Assembly (NCBI GenBank): GCA_029881725.1
Contig: JAOUMB010000001.1
Location: 17,321 to 81,320, forward strand
Source: Nitrospirota bacterium
GTDB taxonomy: Bacteria; Nitrospirota; JACRHL01
Direction of reading: 5' to 3'
DNA: 64,000 nt
Positions 55,172 through 64,000 of this stretch are shown here, in pieces; position 1 is the stretch's first letter; the number at the start of each line of letters is the position of its first letter. Position numbers and translations under genes: made by a program. The notes under the pieces are model-generated. The model was not told the DNA's origin, ran no database searches, and was given only the letters and a program-made list of their open reading frames with translations.

Positions 55172-55348
55172 TAGTGCGAATTCGTGCTCCTGTCAACTCC
55201 CGCAAACGCCGGGAAGCGGGTGGTTGGGGCGTGCGGAAGAGAGCGGGCCGAGGCACGGGGTTAAGGGCCGTGCGGCCCTGCGGGCGGCGCCGGGGACAGA
55301 CAGCGGGAAGCGGCGGTGAAGGGGAACAAATGCGTCCGGGGACGCGGA

Positions 55349-55960
55349 TCAATCCCTGTGGATCAATTCCTTTTTGCGCAGGTAATCGGTGAGCTGCTGC
55401 ACACACTCCTCCGGAGAAAAGCGGTCGGTGTCGAGCACCACGTCCGGGTTGAGGGGTTCCTCATAGGGATCGGAGATGCCGGTGAAGTGGGCGATCTTGC
55501 CCGCCCGAACCTTTTTATAGATGCCCTTGGGGTCGCGGGATTCGCACACTTCGATGGGGCACTTGACGTACACCTCGTGAAAGTCGTCGGCGCCGATGGT
55601 CTGGCGGGCCAGATCCCGGTCCGAGCGGTAGGGGCTGATGAACGCGGTGAACACCACGATGCCCGCGTCGCAAAACAGCTTGGCCACCTCCGACACACGG
55701 CGCAGGTTTTCGGTACGCGCCTCGGCGGTAAAGCCCAGGTCCCGGTTCAGCCCGTGACGCACGTTGTCACCGTCCAGCACGTACACCCGCACCCGACTCT
55801 CAAACAGGGTCTTGTCCATGGCGTGGGCCAGCGTGCTTTTGCCGGAGGCCGAGTAGCCGGTCATCCATACCACGCCGCTTTTGTGGCCGTTGAAGCGGTT
55901 GCGGTCGGCGCGGTTGATGAGTCCTTCGTGCCAGGTCAGGTTGCGGTCGTCTTGTGACAT
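55349..55960 (-). CDS. cysC: Adenylyl-sulfate kinase
   Basis: W.TG.SASGKST, LDGDNVRHGL, RDPKG.YKK, FTGIS.PYE.P. Confidence 0.96.
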   Translation of the reverse strand: MSQDDRNLTWHEGLINRADRNRFNGHKSGVVWMTGYSASGKSTLAHAMDKTLFESRVRVYVLDGDNVRHGLNRDLGFTAEARTENLRRVSEVAKLFCDAGIVVFTAFISPYRSDRDLARQTIGADDFHEVYVKCPIEVCESRDPKGIYKKVRAGKIAHFTGISDPYEEPLNPDVVLDTDRFSPEECVQQLTDYLRKKELIHRD

Positions 55961-56129
55961 GATGCCGGGATATCTGAGGTTAACAACAACAAAAAAAACG
56001 GGGATTCCGGACATTCACGGACACCCCGCCGCCCCACCCACCCCACCGAACGTTAGTGGAGCGGCAAAAAAGTGTCAACTACAGGCCGGCCGTGTCGGGT
56101 ACCCTGTTCGGCTGCGAGATCGTACCACG

Positions 56130-57302
56130 ATGCCAACCCACTCCCCCACCCCTTTCGACGCCGCCGTAGTCGGCGCCGGTCCCGCCGGATGCATGGCGGC
56201 GCGGCATCTGGCGGCGGCGGGGCTGAAGGTGGCGCTGATCGAACGGCAGCCCCTGCCACGCTATAAAACCTGCGGCGGCGGGCTGGTGGGGCGCGCCGTG
56301 CGCCTGCTGCCGGAGTCCGCCCTGAGGGCGGTGGAGTCCGATTGCCACCGGGCCGCGCTGCACTTGGCCGGTTCCGATCTGGCGTTTACCGCCGAACGCG
56401 CCCATCCCATCGTGCGCATGACCATGCGCGCCAACCTGGACGCCGCCCTGGCCGGGTGGGCGGTGGCCGCCGGAGCCACCCTGATGGATGCGACGCCGGT
56501 GACCGGCGTGGTGCCCGGCCCCGGCGGCGTCACCCTGCACACCGCGAGCGGTGCATTGACGGCCCCGGTGGTGATTGCCGCCGATGGCGCCGGGGGGCTG
56601 CTGTCGCGCACGGTACGCACCGCCCCCGCCCGCATGGGGCCCGCCGTGGAATGGGAAATCCACGTGCCCGATGCCGACCTGGGCCGCTTTCAGGACATCG
56701 CCCGCTTCGACGTGGGGATTGTGCCTCACGGCTATGGCTGGGTATTCCCCAAGGGCGACCACCTGTCGGTGGGGGTGTTCACCGGGCGGGCGGGGCGCAT
56801 GAACCTGCACCGGGCCACCACGGACTATCTGAACCGGATCGGCCTCACCCGCATCACCCACGCGGAGCGCCACGGCCACCGCATCCCCGTTCACCCCGGC
56901 AAGGGACCGTTCGCCGCCCACGGCATCCTGCTCACCGGCGACGCTGCGGGGTTTGCGGAACCGGTTACCGGCGAGGGCATTTCCGCCGCCCTCGAGTCCG
57001 GCCATCTGGCCGCCCGGTCGATCCTTGCTGCCCAGGGTGACCCCACGGGCGCCATGCGCCGGTACGTGGCCGACATCGAAGGAACCATACTGCCGGAACT
57101 GGCCGCCGCGCGCCGTCTGGCCTGGCTCCTGTATGCCTGGCCGCCGTTCACCCGCCAGGTGTTTGCGTATGGGGGGCAACGGCTGTGCGAGCGGGTGGCC
57201 GATGTAATGGCGGGCACCCTCACCTGGCGCCAACTGTTCCGGCATCCGTCAGGCTTTCGACTCCCCCCCGGCGCTGCCAAGCCGACAGTGTCGAAGGAAT
57301 GA
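56130..57302 (+). CDS. Geranylgeranyl reductase family FAD oxidoreductase
   Basis: GAGPAG, PRYKTCGGG, ADGA, GYGWVFPKG, GDAAG...P.TGEGI. Confidence 0.88.
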   Translation: MPTHSPTPFDAAVVGAGPAGCMAARHLAAAGLKVALIERQPLPRYKTCGGGLVGRAVRLLPESALRAVESDCHRAALHLAGSDLAFTAERAHPIVRMTMRANLDAALAGWAVAAGATLMDATPVTGVVPGPGGVTLHTASGALTAPVVIAADGAGGLLSRTVRTAPARMGPAVEWEIHVPDADLGRFQDIARFDVGIVPHGYGWVFPKGDHLSVGVFTGRAGRMNLHRATTDYLNRIGLTRITHAERHGHRIPVHPGKGPFAAHGILLTGDAAGFAEPVTGEGISAALESGHLAARSILAAQGDPTGAMRRYVADIEGTILPELAAARRLAWLLYAWPPFTRQVFAYGGQRLCERVADVMAGTLTWRQLFRHPSGFRLPPGAAKPTVSKE

Positions 57303-57365
57303 TCCCGCTCCCGGCCGCACCGGGCCAGGCTGCTTTCCCCGAACGATTTGGCACCCCACGCCACG

Positions 57366-57491
57366 GACGGTGTCGCGAAGCGATTTCTCTCCCGGTCGTA
57401 CCGGGCCGACGGTGTCGCGAAGCGATTTCGCTCCTGGCCGTGCCAGGCCGATGGTGTCGCGAAGCGATTTCGCTCTCGATCGCACCGGGCG
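57366..57491. repeat. Three tandem 42-bp units, each with a constant part and a small hairpin (REP-like)
   Basis: gaYggtgtcgcgaagcgatttcKctc at 57366, 57408 and 57450. Confidence 0.9.
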
Positions 57492-57571
57492 GGTTTGCCA
57501 TGGGGGTGTGGGGGGGATTATCCTGTGCGGCTGATTTCCTCATTTTTATCGCAGTCCTGCAGGGAGCATAC

Positions 57572-59119
57572 ATGCGCGGTCGCCCGCTGAACCTGTTCAA
57601 CAGCATGGGTCGGGAACTGGAGCGATTCCAGCCGATCCGTGATACCGAGGCCCGGGTCTACTCCTGCGGTCCCACGGTTTACAACTATGCGCACCTGGGC
57701 AACCTGCGCGCCTATGTATTCACCGACACCCTGCGCCGCACCCTGATGCTCAAGGGGCTGGACGTGGTGCACGTGATGAACATCACCGACGTGGGCCACC
57801 TGACCTCCGACGCGGACGCCGGGGACGACAAGATGGAGTCCGCCGCCGCGCGCGAAAAGAAAACCGTGTGGGACATCGCCGCCTACTACACCGGCGCCTT
57901 CCACGCGGATGTGGAACGGCTCGGCATTCTGCCCCCCACCCAGGAGCCGAAGGCCACCGACTACATCGACAAGATGATCGCCTTCGCCCAGAAGCTGGAG
58001 AAGGACGGCCACACCTACACCATCGGCGACGGCCTGTACTTCGACACCACCACGGTGAGCGATTACGGACACCTGGGCTGCCTGGACCTGGAAGGGCAGG
58101 AGGCGGGCTCCCGCGTGGAGATGGCGGAAGGCAAACGGAACCCCACCGACTTCTGCCTGTGGAAGCGCACCCCGGCCGGCGTGAACCGCCTGATGGAATG
58201 GGACAGCCCGTGGGGCAAAGGCGCTCCCGGCTGGCACCTGGAGTGCTCGGTGATGAGCATCGACCTGCTCGGCGCCCCGTTCGACATCCACACCGGCGGC
58301 ATCGACCATCGCCAGGTGCATCATGTGAATGAAGTGGCCCAGAACCAGGGCTACACGGGCGACCGGCACAGCGGGGTCAACCACTGGTTGCACAACGAGT
58401 TCCTGGTGCTGGGCGAGGACAAGATGTCCAAGTCCAAGGGCGGCTTTTTGCGCCTGCAAACCTTGCTGGACCAGGGCATTCACCCGCTGGTGTACCGCTA
58501 TTTCTGCCTTCAGGCCCACTACCGCAAACCGCTGGTGTTCAGTTGGGACGCGCTGGTGGCGGCGCGGGCCGGATTGAAACGCCTGCTGATGCGGGTGGAA
58601 ACCCTGCGCCAGAAGGCCGAGAAGGAAGGCTTCGACGCCGCCAATCCGCCGGTGCTGGAACCGGGCTCCGAGAATGCCAGCCGCTCCCTGGGCACCCTGT
58701 CCGACGCCATTACCGAACCGCTTTCCAAGGCCGGGCGGGAGTGGGTGGACAAGCTGGACGAGGCCCTGTCCGACGATCTGAACACCCCGCAGGCGCTGGC
58801 CTGCCTGAACGAACTGGCGTCCGCCAAAAAGCTGCCCGCGGAGGATGCGTTGCGCCTGTTCGCGCTGTACGACCTGGTGCTGGGACTGCGGCTGTTGAAG
58901 CTCGACCCGGCGGAACTGGTGATCCGCCCCCGGGACGCGCCGCTGAGCGATGCGGAAATTCAGGAGCGGATCGCCGCACGGGTGGCCGCGCGCAAGGACA
59001 AGGATTTTGCCAAATCCGACGCCATTCGCGATGAACTGGAGGCCATGGGCATCGTGCTGATGGACGGTGCCGACGGGACCAGTTGGGAATGGCGGCCCAT
59101 GCTGGGCGCGCCATCCTGA
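57572..59119 (+). CDS. cysS: Cysteinyl-tRNA synthetase
   Basis: CGPTVY, HLGN, NITDVGH, PGWHLECS, KMSKS; RBS GGGAG. Confidence 0.97.
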   Translation: MRGRPLNLFNSMGRELERFQPIRDTEARVYSCGPTVYNYAHLGNLRAYVFTDTLRRTLMLKGLDVVHVMNITDVGHLTSDADAGDDKMESAAAREKKTVWDIAAYYTGAFHADVERLGILPPTQEPKATDYIDKMIAFAQKLEKDGHTYTIGDGLYFDTTTVSDYGHLGCLDLEGQEAGSRVEMAEGKRNPTDFCLWKRTPAGVNRLMEWDSPWGKGAPGWHLECSVMSIDLLGAPFDIHTGGIDHRQVHHVNEVAQNQGYTGDRHSGVNHWLHNEFLVLGEDKMSKSKGGFLRLQTLLDQGIHPLVYRYFCLQAHYRKPLVFSWDALVAARAGLKRLLMRVETLRQKAEKEGFDAANPPVLEPGSENASRSLGTLSDAITEPLSKAGREWVDKLDEALSDDLNTPQALACLNELASAKKLPAEDALRLFALYDLVLGLRLLKLDPAELVIRPRDAPLSDAEIQERIAARVAARKDKDFAKSDAIRDELEAMGIVLMDGADGTSWEWRPMLGAPS

Positions 59120-59307
59120 TTGCGGACGGAGAGGGGAATCGGGGGATGACGCGTCCCCCCGCGACGGCTGCCACGGGCCACCCGCCGAAGGGCGCGCCCC
59201 GCCGCCTGCCGCCGGTAACGCGCGGTGCCCCCCACCCGACCCGCCCGATCCGCCCGACCTGGGGTGGGATGGACCACCCAGGACCATAAACCGGTTTACC
59301 GCGCCCG

Positions 59308-61299
59308 ATGCATTCCAAGCACCCCCACCTGATCCACCCCAAATACCGCCCGGACATCGACGGGCTGCGCGCGGTCGCCATTCTGTCGGTGATCCTGTTT
59401 CACCTTTTTCCCGGAAAAATGAAAGGCGGCTTCATCGGGGTCGACATCTTCTTCGTCATTTCGGGATTCCTGATTTCGACCATCGTCTTCTCCAGCCTGG
59501 AGCGTGACCGCTTCAGCATCGTCGAGTTTTACATCCGCCGCATCCGGCGCATCTTCCCCGCGTTGATCCTGGTGATGACCGTCGCGTTTGCGGCGGGCTG
59601 GTTCCTGTTGTTCAGCGGTGAATTCAAACAGCTCGGGAAGCACGTTGCGGGCGGGGCCGGGTTTGTGTCCAACTTTATCCTGAGGACCGAGAGCGGCTAT
59701 TTCGACGCCGCCGCCGAGACCAAACCCCTGCTCCATTTGTGGAGCCTGGCGATTGAAGAGCAGTTTTACGTGTTCTGGCCGCTGCTGCTCGCCTTTGTGT
59801 GGAAGCGGCACTGGAATTTCCTCAAAATCACCGCCGCCATTGCCATCGCCTCGTTCGCGGCCAACATCCACCTGATCAACACCAGTCCGGAGTCGGCTTT
59901 TTACCTGCCGTTTTCCCGGTTCTGGGAACTCATGGCCGGGGGCGTTCTGGCCTATATCGCCCTGCACCGCCCCCGGTTGAACAGCCGCTACCCGAATGGC
60001 CAGTCCCTGCTTGGTTTTGCCCTGCTAGCCACCGCGCTGCTGCTGTTGGACAAGCACAGCGCGTTTCCGGGATGGTGGGCGCTGCTGCCCGCGGCGGGCA
60101 CGTTCCTGGTGATCTCGGCCGGCCCCCAGGCGTGGCTGAACAAAACCTTTTTAGCCAACCGGGCCATGGTTCTGATCGGCCTGATCAGCTATCCGTTGTA
60201 CCTGTGGCACTGGGTGATTCTGGCCTACGTCAGAATCGAGGACAGCGCCCCGTCCAGACAGCTGAAAATCGCCGTTCTGACAGGTTCGATTCTGCTGGCC
60301 TGGTTCACCTATGTGGTGGTCGAAAACCCGCTTCGCACCGGCAGGAATCCCGGCACCAAAGCCACGGTACTGCTGTCCGCCATGGTGGTGCTGTTTGCCG
60401 CCGGATTCTTCACCTTCAGTCAGAACGGCCTGGAAAGCTGGCGGCATGACGGCGACCGGTACCGGTTTATGGGCCATTTCGAAAACAGCCTTCCCGAAAT
60501 GGCCTATTTCAAAAAAATCGGGGAACATGAAACGTCCCGGGAGGACTGCAATTTTTACGACGTGGAGCGGTACCGCAACGGAGCCAGCACCAAAGTCCCG
60601 GTAAAGCGGATCAGCGAGCGTTGCTATTTACGGGATACGGCGTTCAGCCGGTCGGTGTTCATCTGGGGGGATTCCCACGCCCAGCACCTTTATCATGGAA
60701 TCCGGAACAACCTTCCCGCTTCCGAATGGCAAGTCCTGATCGTGGCCAGTTGGGGAGCGCACCCGGACCCCCACGCGGATCACCCCTCAAAAACCGACTT
60801 CCGGCAGCAGTCCAACTGGTTTGCGCTGAAGGCCATTTCCGAGGCCAGGCCGGATGTGGTGGTTGTCGCCCAGGAGAGCGGCCACAGCCCCGCAGCCATG
60901 CGTGAGATTGCGGATACGCTGAAGGGCATGGGGGTGGGAACCGTCCTGTTTACCGGACCGGTGCCGCACTGGAAACCGTCCCTGCCACGCCTGATCGCCC
61001 GAAAATTGTGGAACAACACGCCCGAACGCACCCTGGTGGGAATCGACCGCCAGGTCATCGCCCGTGACCAAGCCCTGAAAGCCGGCTTCCCCCGCATGGA
61101 AGGCGCCCGGTATGTCAGCCTGATCGACTTTTTCTGCAACCGGGAGGGATGCCTGACCCGTTTTGGAGACGACCGGGTGGAGGGCATCACCACGTACGAC
61201 TATGGCCACCTCACCCCCGCGACGTCCGACCGCCTGGGCAGGGAACTGCTGGCGCCGATCATTTCCGGCGACCCCCGCCCGGAATCGAACGGTTGGTGA
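59308..61299 (+). CDS. Acyltransferase-3 plus SGNH domain O-acetyltransferase (OafA-like)
   Basis: YRPDIDGLRA, GVDIFFVISG, HLWSLAIEEQFY, GDSHA, DYGHL. Confidence 0.92.
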   Translation: MHSKHPHLIHPKYRPDIDGLRAVAILSVILFHLFPGKMKGGFIGVDIFFVISGFLISTIVFSSLERDRFSIVEFYIRRIRRIFPALILVMTVAFAAGWFLLFSGEFKQLGKHVAGGAGFVSNFILRTESGYFDAAAETKPLLHLWSLAIEEQFYVFWPLLLAFVWKRHWNFLKITAAIAIASFAANIHLINTSPESAFYLPFSRFWELMAGGVLAYIALHRPRLNSRYPNGQSLLGFALLATALLLLDKHSAFPGWWALLPAAGTFLVISAGPQAWLNKTFLANRAMVLIGLISYPLYLWHWVILAYVRIEDSAPSRQLKIAVLTGSILLAWFTYVVVENPLRTGRNPGTKATVLLSAMVVLFAAGFFTFSQNGLESWRHDGDRYRFMGHFENSLPEMAYFKKIGEHETSREDCNFYDVERYRNGASTKVPVKRISERCYLRDTAFSRSVFIWGDSHAQHLYHGIRNNLPASEWQVLIVASWGAHPDPHADHPSKTDFRQQSNWFALKAISEARPDVVVVAQESGHSPAAMREIADTLKGMGVGTVLFTGPVPHWKPSLPRLIARKLWNNTPERTLVGIDRQVIARDQALKAGFPRMEGARYVSLIDFFCNREGCLTRFGDDRVEGITTYDYGHLTPATSDRLGRELLAPIISGDPRPESNGW

Positions 61300-61448
61300 G
61301 CGCGACGGGCTCGGCCATCGGGCCGCCTGCGCGACGATGCGCCTCCATCCGGGTGGGCAACCCCGGCGAATTCGGTAACCCATCCGTAAATTTCCCCGTT
61401 ATTAACCGTTAACGCACCGGTAACTTAGCCCGGTGCTAGGCCACAGGT

Positions 61449-61660
61449 GCTGCGTGCACGGCGATCGTGGCTGGTACGGTAATTTGGCCCTGCGTCGGGC
61501 AGCGCCTGGGGAGCCTCCCTTGAACCGCCACAACACTTTGCTTTTTAAAAAAACACCCTCCCCCAATCCAACCGTGAGGGAGCCAAAATTCCCGCTCCCC
61601 CGGCACCCCCCATCCACTGCAGGGGGGCGCTCCAACCGTCCCGATCGCCGTGCGCGCAGC
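61449..61660. other. ~210-nt long imperfect hairpin (candidate ncRNA or MITE)
   Basis: Terminal inverted repeats 61449-61467 and 61642-61660 (18 of 19 match) plus nested internal pairings. Confidence 0.5.
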
Positions 61661-61663
61661 CCC

Positions 61664-61866
61664 TCCACAAGGCCTCTTTTTTTCCACATTTTCAACGGGT
61701 TCTGAATTTTCGCCCAAAATTCCCCGGTTCATCCCCCTGGAATCGTGCTACCGGCCTTCAGAACCCATTGATATTCCGTTCCGAGGTCACCGTGAACATG
61801 CGAAATCCACGGTGCGAAACGCTTCCACAAAGCCATTTTTTTCCAACATTTTCAATTGGTTCTGAA
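61664..61866. repeat. ~43-bp AT-rich imperfect direct repeat, two copies
   Basis: tccacaaRgcc..tttttttcca(a)cattttcaa...ggttctgaa at 61664 and 61824. Confidence 0.75.
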
Positions 61867-62358
61867 CGCGAAAACCGTTATTTTTCACCGTGTTTCACTT
61901 CGCAACCACAAACGCGAATTGGTCCAATAAAACAATCAGTTCTGACTTTCCAGCCAACATTTTGCGAAACAAATCCGCCGCGCCCACAAACGGCCAAAAA
62001 CACCACGTTGTCAGGGAGTTATGCCCGGTGGTTTGCCGTGGCCCACGGTTTAGCTTTGCCGTTTGCGAAGCGAAATCGCACGATTCGGCCTGGTCCACAC
62101 CCTCAGGCGGCGCCGGGCGCGGCCTAGGTTTCGCGTTATAACCCGTTGATGGTTCGAACCACGAAGCGATCTCCGGCGCCAGAAACGCGGCATACGCCGG
62201 AAACGCAGGGGGAGGTCAACCAGCGGCTGCCAGGCTGGGGCGTGTCACGGTGGTGTGGGCGCCGGGCCCGGAAATGCCGCCCGCGCCCGTGGGCCCCAAC
62301 GGCGGCCACCCGCCCCGGCACCTCCGGCCCACACCATCCCACACCGGGCCGGGACCGC

Positions 62359-63243
62359 TCAGGGAAGGGCGCCGCGGCTGTAGCACCAGAGGGGAAGGTC
62401 CGTGCCGGTGGGGGCGATGGCCACCTCACCCTCGGACTTGAGGGCTTCCAGTTCCTCCCGGGCGGAACGGTCGTCCACGCCGCAGGCCATGGCCACCTCC
62501 CGCGTGGCCGCGCAGCGGAACCGCTCCAGATAGGCGCGGGGATCCGGCGGGGCGGCGGCGGACAAATCGGGGTCCAGACGGGCGATGCCCTTGATGTAGT
62601 CGTCGAAGGTGCTGTCCCCGTCAAAGGCGGCCACCTCCCCTTTGTCGTTCATCATGATCAGGGTGGGAAAGCCGTAACGGCGGCTGCCGTCGGCCTCGGT
62701 CTTCACGTCGCGGGCGCCGGGCAGCGGCTGGCGGGTGGCCGCCAGATCGTCCGCAAAGTGCTCGCGGGCCAGGGGGCCGTCCACCTCCTCCGCAAAGCGC
62801 TCCACGTCCATGCCGGGCACCGCGGCCGCCAGGGAGACCAACTCCTTGACCCGGTCCACCGGTCGGCAGCCGGTGAAAAAGGCCTCGCGCACCCGGCGCA
62901 GGTACGGGTCGTCCAGCCCCTGCAACCCGGCGGCCTTCACGGCAATGCACGCGGGGTGGCTGGACAGGGGCGGATGCCGCTGCCACACGCTGCCGTCAAA
63001 CGGCATCCGGTGGTCGCGGCAAACTTCCTCCTGATGCAGGCGGTACTGACCCGGGTCTTCGCCGGACAGTCCGAACTCGGCATCGGCAAAGGACGCATTG
63101 CGCGCCGCCAGCAGGCCGCCCATGCGATGGTGAATGATCAACCCGTGGCCAAAGGTCCACACCAGCCGCCGATACAGCGGCTCGTTGCACCAGGACCACG
63201 AACAGAGGGGATCGGTGAAATAATCGGCAGCCAGGCGATTCAT
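62359..63243 (-). CDS. DsbA-like thioredoxin-fold protein (YjbH/SpxH-like architecture)
   Basis: FTDPLCSWSW..EP, MGGL, SSHPACIAVKAA, YLRRVREA, GFPTL, C-terminal ATREVA helix-turn-helix-like domain. Confidence 0.75.
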   Translation of the reverse strand: MNRLAADYFTDPLCSWSWCNEPLYRRLVWTFGHGLIIHHRMGGLLAARNASFADAEFGLSGEDPGQYRLHQEEVCRDHRMPFDGSVWQRHPPLSSHPACIAVKAAGLQGLDDPYLRRVREAFFTGCRPVDRVKELVSLAAAVPGMDVERFAEEVDGPLAREHFADDLAATRQPLPGARDVKTEADGSRRYGFPTLIMMNDKGEVAAFDGDSTFDDYIKGIARLDPDLSAAAPPDPRAYLERFRCAATREVAMACGVDDRSAREELEALKSEGEVAIAPTGTDLPLWCYSRGALP

Positions 63244-63504
63244 GGCGTACGCACTCCCTTCCCTGAAAATCCTGCCATACAGGAGTGTGCTGCGCACTGT
63301 TTATATCGGGCACCCGACTGCTCGTTGGCACCGTTCCGGGTGCCCCCATGAAGGAAAATTGCCACCAATTATCGAAAGCGGTTATGACAAATGACACAGA
63401 CCGCGATGAATTCCATTTGTCGCCCCAATTGCAGTATCGTAATGCCCCGCCGGGCGTGGTGCGTTTCGTCCCGGAATCAGATAGTTTCGAACCCGAGGGG
63501 AAGC

Positions 63505-64000
63505 ATGCTTCTGTTCCGCCAACTGGCAGTCGCCGCCGTTTTTTCGGGCCTCCTGCTGACCGGGTGCGCCAGCACCGGTGGCGCGGAAGGCGCAGCCCGG
63601 GGCGGGCCGGACGTTCCTGCCGCCCTGCCGGGCATGAATCCGGCCGCTCCCGCCCCCACCATGGAACTGGGCGCCCTGCTGTGGGAAGCGGCGGCCCAGG
63701 GGGATCTGGACGCGGTGGAGGCGTTGCTGGACCAGGAGGCACCGCTGGAGACCCGCACCGACGGGCGGCGCACCCCCCTGTGGATGGCCGCCGCCAACGG
63801 ACACGTGGCGGTCACCCGGCGGCTGATCGAGGCCGGAGCCGATGTGAACGTGGTGGGACCGGTGGGCGCCACCCCGTTGCAGGAAGCCGCCATCAGCGGG
63901 CACACCGAGGTAATCGCCCTGCTGGCCGCCGCCGGGGCCAATCTGGACGCGCCCCACGTGCGCCTTGGCCCGGCGCTGATGCAGGCGGTGGTGCGCAACA
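63505..64000 (+). CDS. Ankyrin-repeat lipoprotein (partial; absent from ORF track)
   Basis: Manual translation MLLFRQLAVAAVFSGLLLTGC..., TPLWMAAANGH...LIEAGADVN, TPLQEAAISGH. Confidence 0.85.
   Translation, partial: MLLFRQLAVAAVFSGLLLTGCASTGGAEGAARGGPDVPAALPGMNPAAPAPTMELGALLWEAAAQGDLDAVEALLDQEAPLETRTDGRRTPLWMAAANGHVAVTRRLIEAGADVNVVGPVGATPLQEAAISGHTEVIALLAAAGANLDAPHVRLGPALMQAVVRN

Noticed and set aside
55044..55348. JUMPStart/ops element upstream of the polysaccharide operon
   Set aside because: No GGCGGTAG match was found on the coding strand
57366..57491. Possible mini CRISPR array
   Set aside because: The variable parts are only about 16 bp, resemble each other and are self-complementary; no cas genes are in the window

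Overview
GC-rich chromosomal window from a Gram-negative (diderm) bacterium; no rRNA, tRNA, transposase, integrase or CRISPR array was seen. From left to right: (1) 1-5258, a lower-GC glycosylation module: partial GtrA flippase, WxcM-like acetyltransferase/3,4-ketoisomerase, GtrB-like GT2 and DegT aminotransferase, with a divergent DUF6044/YkoS-like polytopic membrane protein. (2) 6271-11522, a minus-strand operon: cytochrome b fused to a Sphaeroides-heme-protein domain, diheme cytochrome c, PepSY, OmpR-type regulator, sensor kinase and diguanylate cyclase. (3) Housekeeping and signalling genes: hemJ, methyltransferases, REC-PAS-GGDEF-EAL, an orphan MshEN-type PilB/GspE ATPase, a TraT lipoprotein, aroC and DJ-1. 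(4) A phosphate-uptake locus (porin, pstSCAB, phoU) preceded by Pho-box-like arrays and an unannotated small ORF. (5) 35141-55960, a ~21 kb minus-strand surface-glycan cluster: cysC, gmd/fcl, wzm/wzt, pseudaminic acid genes, a DUF115 protein, many glycosyltransferases, a sulfotransferase, an acetyltransferase and two internally deleted gene remnants. (6) Geranylgeranyl reductase-like gene, a 42-bp hairpin tandem repeat, cysS, an AT3-SGNH O-acetyltransferase, a ~1 kb structured non-coding region, a YjbH/DsbA-like gene and a partial ankyrin lipoprotein. All family assignments come from motif recognition by eye, not from database searches.
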